Shown one piece after another: positions 9,180 through 18,534 of a DNA stretch of 20,000 nt. Positions within the stretch are counted from its first letter, which is position 1. Each line of letters starts with the position of its first letter. The stretch covers positions 69,747 to 89,746 of the forward strand of contig JBNGIO010006371.1 of NCBI GenBank assembly GCA_049999805.1. The letters run 5' to 3'. Source of the DNA: Folioceros fuciformis. Its lineage: Eukaryota. The notes beneath the pieces are model-generated. The model saw only the letters and a list, made by a program, of their open reading frames with translations. It ran no database searches and had not been told where the DNA came from. A program made the translations under genes and the position numbers.

Positions 9180-9615
9180 CCTCTGTCTTCGATCTCGCTG
9201 AGACACGGGTTTCCAATGAATGTGGCAGGGCGTGCTTCATTGTGCCATCCTCGTTCCGTGCAAGCAAAGTTGCAAAATTGATCATTACACAGATCATCCC
9301 AAGCTTGGGAGAGAAACCAGAATTCCACGCCTCCGGCCAACAACCAGAGGACATACCTTCAGAGAACTGTCATCTTACTGGAAGACCCTACCAGCAATTT
9401 GCGGACTAGTTGTGTGCTGACCACATACGGGTCCAATTTGACTGTCACCGAAATCATTCACCAGCCTCGAGCAGATTGGAACGAGCGACTCCTGAGTGAT
9501 CTGTGCCAGCATGCCAGCTGCGGAGAAGCCAGGCTGGTAAAGATCGCCACAACAAGATCGTGAATCCCTATGCGCCCTGGGTTCAGACAGAATGGAAGAG
9601 AAAGATAATGATAGC
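9180..9615 (-). pseudogene. Decayed carboxylesterase copy B (5' leader and start of exon 2)
   Basis: Minus ORF FATLLARNEDGTMKHALPHSLETRVSA vs intact FTSGLARNRDGTINRRIADLFEPRVRA. Leader ctcttccattctgtctgaa and aggctggtgaatgatttcggtgac. The start ATG appears changed to TTG. Confidence 0.85.
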
Positions 9616-9722
9616 CACACACCATCAGCGCAATTCATCATTCCAGACTTTGCGTAACCTGAAATTAAATTCTTGAGATCGAACAGCGTATTTCATGAAC
9701 ACGGAAACTGAGGTGAAGATTC

Positions 9723-9728
9723 TATAAG
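9723..9728 (+). promoter_or_regulatory. Candidate TATA box of PPO2
   Basis: TATAAG about 100 nt upstream of the ATG at 9826, followed by a GA-rich stretch. Confidence 0.4.
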
Positions 9729-9825
9729 AAGAGAAGAGAGAGCCAGTTTGTTTGCAAGAGTCCTCCACAAGTTTCACTCCGCTTAGTACCAGGTCGAGAG
9801 AGTGTGAAGTGTGGAATTCTTAACA

Positions 9826-11457
9826 ATGAAGAAGGTTTTGTTTATTGTCTTTAGTTTATGTACATTTGTGTTGTTTGGAAATGCTGATCCTATACCAGCT
9901 CCTAACTTTTCTGAATGTAACAACGAAGAATGTTGTCCTATGAGCGTTTATGAGGCTCCCATCCTTTTCACACATCCAACTCAAGAGGAACTTCCGACAA
10001 TTCGTGTGCGACGTCCTTCACATCTTTTGACGGTTGCGGAGCAGGAACGACTTGCCAAAGCTTACGAATTGATGAAAGCTCTGCCACACGATGATCCTCG
10101 AAGCTTTGAGAATCAACGAAGACTCCATTGCTCATATTGTACTTTGCAGATTCCTCTTCCATGGACGGATTTGAGCACAGGAGATTTCACGAAGATGCAA
10201 GTTCATTATACTTGGTTTTTTCTGTCTTGGCATCGTTGGTTTCTATACTTTCATGAAAGGATTCTTGCCTCCTTACTTAATGATACGACGTTTGCATTGT
10301 CCTACTGGAATTGGGATAACCAAGATGTTGCATCTCTTCCCAATGCATTTCCAACTCCGTTTGTGATCTACGAGTCCTTGAGAGATGACCATCGAAATCG
10401 AAACCATATTCGACCTGCCATTGCTAATCTCTCATTTCAGGAGGATTCATTGGAAACACCTCCTTACATCCCAGATCTACAAAACAACACCGAAGAGCTG
10501 CGGACAAATAATCTAGCTGTCATGCATTTGGCAATGGTCATGGGTTCCACCACAAGGCTCTTATTTTACGGACAGCCCTTTCGGTATGGAGATCCAACTA
10601 TAACAGACCCTTTAGCATCTGGACAAGGACTGATAGAAGCAACTATGCACGACTCAATACATACTTGGGCTGGCAACCTCTACGAGGATGGAGCATTGGA
10701 TATGGGGTCTATTGCTGGAAGTGCAAATGATCCAATATTCTTCGCACATCACTCCAACATCGACCGCTTGTGGAACACATGGAAAAGTTTGGGTGACTGG
10801 CGGCAGGAGATCAGCGATCCAGACTATTTGAATTCAGAGTTCCTTTTCTATAATGAAAAGGCCGAACCTGTTATTGTTAAAGTCCATCAAGGCGTGGATG
10901 CAGAGACTCAACTGCGTTACAAATTTGAAGAGCCGCCTAACAATGGTAACAAGAAGTGGTATGAATTCAAACCCAAAATGTGCTCAAACTTTACATCTAG
11001 CGACGATAGATTGGCTTGGATAAACTCCATACCAGCATACAACGGAACAACTCTCCAAGTTGTCTGGCATTCTCCTGCCGTGTTACGAGTTGCAAGGCCA
11101 CCACGAAGAAGTGAAACACCCAGCAACTCCACTGTAACAGAGGTGCTTGTCTTTGAGGGTATCCAAGTGGATTGGTACAAACCAGCCTTGATTCGTGCCT
11201 TCTTGTTGTATCCTAATGCTTCAGACGCAGAGAGGAACTTAGGTTGTGCAGAATTCTCTGGCGTCTGGGGCAATATTGCTAACTTTATTCCTGCTGCAAA
11301 TAGAACATTATGCCGTGTTGGGTTGAGCCTTAAGCTAGATGAATTGGGTGCCAATGACTTAGATGAGATTGTAGTGACTATTGTTGCAGGAGTCCAACAC
11401 TCAGCGGACAATCCAATCACTATTGGCAAAGCCTATATCGAGTATGAAGTTGTGTGA
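9826..11457 (+). CDS. PPO: Polyphenol oxidase paralogue 2, intronless, signal peptide, 543 aa
   Basis: MKKVLFIVFSLCTFVLFGNA|DPIPAP; CuA HCSYC...QVHYTWFFLSWHRWFLYFHE; CuB HDSIH...DMG...DPIFFAHHSNIDRLW. Aligns end to end with PPO1. Confidence 0.97.
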   Translation: MKKVLFIVFSLCTFVLFGNADPIPAPNFSECNNEECCPMSVYEAPILFTHPTQEELPTIRVRRPSHLLTVAEQERLAKAYELMKALPHDDPRSFENQRRLHCSYCTLQIPLPWTDLSTGDFTKMQVHYTWFFLSWHRWFLYFHERILASLLNDTTFALSYWNWDNQDVASLPNAFPTPFVIYESLRDDHRNRNHIRPAIANLSFQEDSLETPPYIPDLQNNTEELRTNNLAVMHLAMVMGSTTRLLFYGQPFRYGDPTITDPLASGQGLIEATMHDSIHTWAGNLYEDGALDMGSIAGSANDPIFFAHHSNIDRLWNTWKSLGDWRQEISDPDYLNSEFLFYNEKAEPVIVKVHQGVDAETQLRYKFEEPPNNGNKKWYEFKPKMCSNFTSSDDRLAWINSIPAYNGTTLQVVWHSPAVLRVARPPRRSETPSNSTVTEVLVFEGIQVDWYKPALIRAFLLYPNASDAERNLGCAEFSGVWGNIANFIPAANRTLCRVGLSLKLDELGANDLDEIVVTIVAGVQHSADNPITIGKAYIEYEVV

Positions 11458-12358
11458 GATTCTAGATTTCAGATGAATCTATCATTCTAGACCATAAGAT
11501 AATGTACTCGTCTCTTATGTCTTTGTAATAAGAATCCACTTTATTGAATGTATCAATGGGCTTTTTACTAAGGCAACAGCGCAACACTTAAATTGCTCAA
11601 CCATTGGATGTTGTGTTGGGCTCAGATTGCATCACGATGTTTGGATTGATCTCATAAACTAGGCACAAATTTTGTTCATATATTTATTATAACTAATTTA
11701 AAATATTATACATTATCTTTAGTTGTTTAAAAACATATAAATATAAATCATAGAGTACACAAAGTTGGTAGGCTCCAGATGATAACGAAATCCTGCTCTT
11801 CTTTTCTTCAAATCACGTTGGCATAGAAGTTGCTTTATGACTGTTATAAAAAGGCTTGTATGAGCATGAATCGATATAAAAGATTGAAGTAGGTTGTCAG
11901 CAAACTACCGGACGGAAATACCGAGCGGGAGTCCAGACCCCGAAGTAGTTGACAGCGGTACGGCCGCCCGGGCCAGGTGGAACGTTAACATTATAGAGAA
12001 TTGTGGGACTAGTGTTTGATTTGAAGTCTCCATCTCGGCAACAGACCAGTAGACGTCGGTTGGATGCGACGCGAATTGTTCATTCGGGTCTAGCTCGTAC
12101 GCTGCCCTGGCTCTGCTGTTGCCTTCCCATTTGCTGGTCAGAATGTGGTTGCTGGGAGGCGCTCTCGAGGAAGGCGATGCCGGTGGTCATTTTCTTGCTC
12201 TTCCATGCTGTCTGAATTCGGCGCTCTCAGTGTTCACGACCTTCGTCTGGACGTCCCTACTGGCCTGAATCCTCCGCATCCGGCAGCAGACATCGCGCGC
12301 GCACAACACTCTTACCCGGTTCAGCTGGAGCCTGGGGAACGATTTCGGTGACGTGAAG

Positions 12359-13729
12359 ATGGACGGCGGGTGAGTGTTCGCTGCATGCACCTGCTGCATA
12401 GGTTGCTGGATGGCTCTGTTTCCGATTCCTCCTGTCATTTGGCTGAAATGCTCTCCTCCGGTTGCTGTGCAGGCGGAGGCTTCCTGTCCCTTATAAGATG
12501 CGGCTGGTGTCGTATGTTACGAAGTTTACATCGGGGCTTGCACGCAACAGAGATGGCACAATTAACCGCCGAATTGCAGATCTGTTTGAGCCTCGTGTCC
12601 GAGCTAACGGGACTCCAGCGAACGGAGTGTGGACGAGGGATGTGATTATTGAGCCGGAGACAGAGATCGGGGTTCGTCTCTTCGTCCCGGTTGCGGCGGA
12701 CAATACAGAGCAGGCCCAAGGAAAAAAGTTTCCGGTGGTTGTTTACTATCATGGAGGAGGATTCTGTATTCTAACCCCCTATTTCATTGTTTATGATCGT
12801 TTCTGTAGAAGAATCGCGAGAGAGTACGAGGTAATTTTGCTTGCGAGTCTTCTGTTGCTAATCTTGTTTGCATTATCGTCGGCTGTGTTCAGTCTTAGTT
12901 TATGATGGTGTGGCAGGTGATCGTCGTCTCAGTGCATTACCGAAGGGCCCCCGAGTTTAAGTATCCTGTGGCCTACGAAGACAGCTTCAAGGCCTTGAAA
13001 TGGCTCCAAACCCAGAGTAAGAATATCCTGCCAGCCAGTGCAGACTTGGGGAATTGTTTTTTGATGGGGGACAGTGCTGGCGGAAATATTGTGCATCACA
13101 TGGGAGTGAAGGCTTCAGGCATGGCTCACGAATTGTTACCGTTGTTCATATCTGGCCTCGTCTTGCTGCAGGTAACAGCACTGAGTTACGCATCTTCTTG
13201 AATATCATCTTAGGGCCAGTTGGATTGCTTTCTCCTGAATCATAGTCGGCAACAACATGACCAAGTGACATGCTGCTTGCAGCCCTTCTTTGGCGGCGAG
13301 AACAGAAGCCCCGCAGAAGTACATCTCAAAGACGCACCCGTCATATCCGTGACTGCCACGGACTGGTACTGGAAGGCATTCCTTCCACAAGGTGCCGACA
13401 GAAATCATTCGGCGTGCAACGTCACAGGTCCGCATGAAGAGGACATCTCTGGTCTCAATTTACCACCGTCCTTTGTTGCTATTGCGGGATGGGATATACT
13501 GAAAGACTGGGACAACGAGTACGCGGAGAAATTGAGAGCGGCTGGGAAGGACGTCGAGGTCAAGACGTATCCCAATGTGGGGCATTGCTTCTTTCTGTTG
13601 AGCGATAGGGCACCTGCCACCCTGGAGCTAGTGCGTGATGTGAAGGGTTTCATCGAGGCCAAGACAGCGCAAACTGCTGTGAAAGCGCCACACCAACCTA
13701 CCGAAACAGAACCAACCTTCCAAGACTGA
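12359..13729 (+). CDS. CXE: Carboxylesterase (alpha/beta hydrolase, CXE18-like), 4 exons (12359-12369, 12473-12830, 12917-13171, 13283-13729), 356 aa
   Basis: RDGTINRR N-terminus, YHGGGF oxyanion motif, YRRAPE, GDSAGG (Ser), GWDILKD (Asp) and GHCF (His). Canonical GT-AG introns keep the frame. Confidence 0.94.
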
Positions 13730-13758
13730 ACCCCCGGCGGAGACTTTTATGGAACAAT

Positions 13759-13870
13759 CTCCCGAGACCTCGACAAATTAGTCTGACCAGAAAGCTTCCA
13801 AGACAGACCCACGAGCGGAGGAGTCGACAACTTAAACTCCCGAGACGTTGCCAGATTAAACTGACCAGAA
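13759..13870 (+). repeat. Imperfect ~34-nt direct repeat, 78-nt spacing, between the convergent CXE and PFP 3' ends
   Basis: ctcccgagac...atta..ctgaccagaa at 13759-13792 and 13837-13870. Confidence 0.75.
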
Positions 13871-14071
13871 TACTTAGACATTTAATACCCACAGGGCATT
13901 CAGAACTGTGGAATCAAGATTCAAGCTCCTGTACAACTTCTTGAGTGTGGAAGGCCTCGACAGTGGACCCTTCTCGCGACTGCACTGCAGAGCAACGACG
14001 CCTTGTTTCAGCCAATTCCATATCGGGTATAGTTCTCAGCGAAGAAATCAAAGTAGTTACCGTCCGTTGCT

Positions 14072-15980
14072 TCACACAGCTCCCCCAAGCTCAAGCATCA
14101 AAGTGAAGTTGGTATCGTCTGAGGTGGGTCCTGTGAACTGTATTGGGCCTGGACACCGATATTTGTTTTCCTTGGCCCATACATCTCGCACGGCAGCGAA
14201 TTTTTTGAAAGGTGCACCATCCAGCTCAACCATTGCCTTCTTGATCACAGGTTTGTTCTTTCCCTTCCTTCGCTCCACATCCATGAGCTGGGTCAAAGCA
14301 GTGCCCCCAACAGTCCAGTCCGTGGCTGGTGCCAGCAAGTTGCCCACGGACGCAATCAGTCCAGTTTGGCCAGCATGAAGCAGCACAGCAGCGGCATACC
14401 CCAGTGCGTTGCAGTAGGCAGCATCGAAATTTGAGGGCATTCCACACCGGCCTTCATATCCAAAAAAATGAGACTGCCCCTTGAACGAGCCTAAGTATCT
14501 GCCATCTTGCTTCCTTGCTAAAAGCTCGGTTTCCACCATGGTGATGAGCATCTTTTCGGTTTCAATCCGAGCAACCTGGACGTTCCCATGAGGATCCCTC
14601 TCCAAAAGGAGATCCTCTTGGATCCCGCCAGGCAGTAATTCAAAAAGCTCGCGACTCTCGTTGCTCAGTTTCAACTTCCACTTGCCTTCTTCGTCCACGC
14701 TGTCGTGCGCCAGAAACTCGTTTAGTTCAGCTATGAGACGCTGTATCTCAGGAATGAAGTCAATAAGGCCCTCCGGAATGAGAATAACTCCAAAGTTCTG
14801 ACCACGTTCGGCCCGTTGACACACGACATCTGCTAGATGGTTAGTGACCTGCTTTAGAGTACTTTGATGCAGAGCGACCTCTTCACCAATCAGAGCAACA
14901 TTCGGATGTGTCTGAAGAGCACATTCTAGAGTAATGTGTGAAGCAGCACGGCCCATCAACCTCACAAAATGATAATATTTGCCTGTAGATCGAGCATCTA
15001 CCATAACGTTGCCAATCAGCTCAGAGTAAATCTTGCATGCAGTGTCGAACCCAAAACTGGTGGGCACCTGGCTGCTCTTGAGGTCACCATCAATGGTCTT
15101 GGGGCAACCAATTACTCGTGTCTTCAAGTTCTTCTGCCTGAAGTATTCAGCAAGCAGGCAGGCATTGGTGTTGGAATCATCACCGCCAATGACCACGAGA
15201 CCATCCAGGTCCAGCTTCACAACAGTGTCCTCTGCCTGCTTGAACTGCTCTGCAGTCTCAATCTTGTCCCTGCCACTGCAAATAATGTCGAAACCCCCCT
15301 GATTGCGATAAGGGAACAGAAAACCATCCGTGATCTCAACCACCTTGTTCCTCATAATACCAGCAGGCCCTCCTCTGAAACCGTAGAGCACACTCCCACT
15401 GGCATGCGTCTGCAGATAATCGAAGATTCCAGCAATAACATTATGCCCTCCAGGTGCCTGTCCTCCAGAGAGCACTACTCCCAGCTTCAATTTTCGCTCA
15501 GCGTCCAAAACGTGCAGCTCACTAGCCACAATCTGCGCGGATGGCTGCCCGTACACGTTCGGGAACAATTTTGCAATCTCCTCTGCGGGAACAAACCCTT
15601 CTTGTCAGCTTCAAGCAAATGCAAGCACGAAACCGGCAGCCTCCACACTGCACACAACACTCAGCGTACTCGCCCACAACACATCGTTGGCTACTACAAC
15701 CCCGTGGCAAAGGCTTCACAACTTCCTGCCCAACCAAGCATCCATTTTGAGGCAGCAGAACGCGCATTGCAAGAAACTGAGACAGCCCACCAGGATTCCC
15801 AGCCGCAGTTGAAGCAGGGCCATGCACCACCTTGACCGGGCCCTGCAGAACGCTGGGCAGGGTCGGCCGGTGCTTCAATCTGCTAGCTTGCACCACGCCG
15901 TACGCAGACACGTCCCGATGGGGACGCCCTGCCGGAGCCTCCTTGACCCCGTTGGTGAAGAGCCCGTTTGCCTCCACCAT
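14072..15980 (-). CDS. PFP-beta: Pyrophosphate--fructose-6-phosphate 1-phosphotransferase beta subunit, 2 exons (15980-15791, 15582-14072), 566 aa
   Basis: ...STAAGNP|EEIAKLFPNVYGQP; SGGQAPGGHN; GGDDSNTNA (PPi-type GGDD); PKTIDGD; RLMGR; GPIQF. One phase-1 GT-AG intron. Confidence 0.97.
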
Positions 15981-16814
15981 GCTGCTCCAACAGAGAATCT
16001 CAACCACCACCTTCCTCAGAAAATGCGCTTCACGATCGGCGAGCTCAGGCAGGCCAAGTATGCGATGAGCGGCACCAGCAACAGGGCAATCAGAGGCTAC
16101 TAGCGAAATCGTCAGCGGAGTTGCCGAGGGTAGCGCCGCGGAAACAGTGCCGTGGACAACGGGTTCTCCGATAGGATCATTATGAGATATCTTGAAAGAT
16201 GTTTGTCATCCTGTTTCGGGGGTAAGAGCGCGGTGTGAAGAGGGTCCCAAATGCAGGATTCTTTCTTCTTGGAAGACAAAGCGCTGTCCGAAGCCAGGAA
16301 TGGCTGCAGACTACCTTCTTGCGCGCGTTTGAGAAACAAGCTTGTTTGGCGATCGATCGGCTAAGAATTTATCAGCCTTGTGGAGCAGAGCTTGCCATAT
16401 TCTGAGGCGCGTCTTTTGTCTCTCGGCTGTATCTCGGGCTTGAGCTCGGCATTTCGAGGTGTCAGTACGGACTGAGGTTGGCGACGTTATTGCTGTCGAA
16501 AATTGGAGCCTGAAGCGTGCCGGGGAGGAATGCGGGGAATTGCGAGGTAGCAGACCTCGTCTTGCGGTTACACGCCTTGTTGTCGAGGGACTGTGAGGGG
16601 GATGGAAAGATGCGTCCGTGGTTGGAGGTCTTGAACTATCGTTTTGCTGCGACTGTGGCACGCAGTTGGTGTTTGTACATACTTGCTGCTTTGAGTTGGC
16701 TGATGTTTCAAGAAGATTGGTGCAGTTCCTCGCTGATGGCCTTTTTGAACCAGATGGCAGAGATTTAGGTGACACTCGCTTTAGCACGGGAGATATTGGC
16801 TGCTGATTATCAGC

Positions 16815-17321
16815 ATGGTAGGCAATTCTCTTCCAGAGACACCTATTCCGGCAAAAAGAGGGCGTGGTCGACCCCGGAAGTCTGAGATCGCTGCCAAGCA
16901 GGGGGATGAGGCCTCGATCACGCCAAAATCTGAGCCTAAGCAGAAGAGACCGAGGAAGAAAAAGACAGACCTTCCTCCACCAGTTCTTGACGGGGGGTAC
17001 GTAGGGCAATCTGTCTCGGGAGTGATCGATGGATCTTTCGAAGCTGGATACTTTTTGACTGTGAGAATAGGGGAGACAGATGCCGTCTTACGGGGTGTCA
17101 TCTTCGGGCCGGGTTTCAGTATGCCTATGAACCAGCCTCAGAAGGCCGAGGTTGTGGTGCCGAATGATGTACCAGAAGGCAATGGATTCCCACCTTTGGA
17201 GGCCATGGCTACAGAGCCTTCTCCTTCTGTCACACCGCCTCCATTAGTAGGACCCCCACAGCACGAACCTTTGATTGCCAGCGATGCAATGACTTTTGAA
17301 ATCAGCAAAGACAAATCGTGA
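16815..17321 (+). CDS. AT-hook protein, METABOLIC NETWORK MODULATOR 1 (MNM1)-like, 168 aa
   Basis: AT-hook KRGRGRPRK, basic KRPRKKK and the family motif VGQSVSGVIDGSFEAGYFLTVRIG...LRGVIF. A possible acceptor just before the ATG (ctgattatcag|cATG) could indicate an upstream exon. Confidence 0.88.
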   Translation: MVGNSLPETPIPAKRGRGRPRKSEIAAKQGDEASITPKSEPKQKRPRKKKTDLPPPVLDGGYVGQSVSGVIDGSFEAGYFLTVRIGETDAVLRGVIFGPGFSMPMNQPQKAEVVVPNDVPEGNGFPPLEAMATEPSPSVTPPPLVGPPQHEPLIASDAMTFEISKDKS

Positions 17322-18166
17322 TCAGTCTCTCGTTTCCTCTGCTTATCCGTTTCCCGTCTGGTCAGGATTTTGTCCCAAAGCCTTTATATCGTCACCTCAG
17401 GTTGGATTTCTATGACGCATATTTCTCAGGATGGGATTAATCTACAACCGGCCCCTTCGCGGCACTGACGACTGGCCGGGTACGGCTAAATCGAATGGTG
17501 ATTCGGATTTGGCAGTGGATTACTTTCACACTATGAACGGCCAATTTTTCTCACATTCCCTACGGATTTCCACGGGACACGGTAAACCCTTACTACTTGT
17601 TCATGGTGTATTCTGTATCATAATCTTGAGGGGAAGGGGCGTGGCAAGCTTGCGAATACCTACATGTCACTGCACGCTCGTTCTACGCGCCGTTCTGAGG
17701 GAGGTAATGTTCAACTTTCCAAGTTTGTCAAGATTTTTCCTGTCACGGGGGATGAATCAATTTCACTTGGTGACAAGGGCGTCAGAAGCGCAATCGTCCT
17801 TGCGACATACAGATCCATGTGCGTTTGTTTAAGCCGAACAATGGATCCAACTTACGATCGTGAGTTGGTGGAAGGTATGCACGATGAATCACTGAACTTG
17901 TGCCACGACGATGAGTTGCAGAACTTAGTGGGTCGGACAATAGTATTGTCATGGCATGATTCGTAGGGCAATGCCCAAATCTCCCATCCCTCGCAAGTGG
18001 TCTCTGTCACTGGCAGGCCTACCAACACTGAGCTTTTTCGGTTTATGTGATACCTTGAGCATTTATGGTTTTGATTAGACGCCCCGACCTAACGCATCGT
18101 TGTGTCGCCTTCCCATTGTGCCGTCTCCTCAAGAGAATTTCAAGAAACCTTAGTTAACTAAATCCA

Positions 18167-18361
18167 GTGTCCATGTTCTACAGACTACGGAGAGTTGTTC
18201 ACACCATCAAGGATGACGGTGTCCATGTTCACACCATCAGGGACGACGGTGTCCATGTTCTCCAGGCAATGGAGAGTAATTCACACCATTCACACCATTC
18301 AGAGCAACGGTGTCCATGTTTTCCAGGCTACGGAGATTAGTTCATACCATTGAGGACGACG
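18167..18361. repeat. Minisatellite, 4 units (52, 30, 61 and 52 nt)
   Basis: gtgtccatgtt starts at 18167, 18219, 18249 and 18310. Units share ttcacaccat (ttcataccat in unit 4) and end in acg. Confidence 0.92.
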
Positions 18362-18534
18362 GAGTGCTCTAGAAACAATTCGTCCTGAAAATTGTGACCT
18401 CATAACTCATGTTAAATGTTACAGGACCGCGTCTTTGACTGGGTCAAAAGGAAAACGATTCTCGCGTCGAGGGCAGCTCACCAGCCACCGCGCGGAGCTA
18501 ACGCCATTTTAATGCGGGCTCCGTATGAGCTGAC

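Noticed and set aside
12359-13729. GID1 gibberellin receptor
   Set aside because: The catalytic His (GHCF) and HGGG are intact; GID1 has Val/Ile in place of His and HGGS.
17431-17966. ORFs of 133 and 100 aa
   Set aside because: No recognisable homology; probably UTR or intergenic sequence.
18167-18361. CRISPR-like array
   Set aside because: The intervening sequences are homologous rather than unique spacers, the context is eukaryotic, and there are no cas genes.
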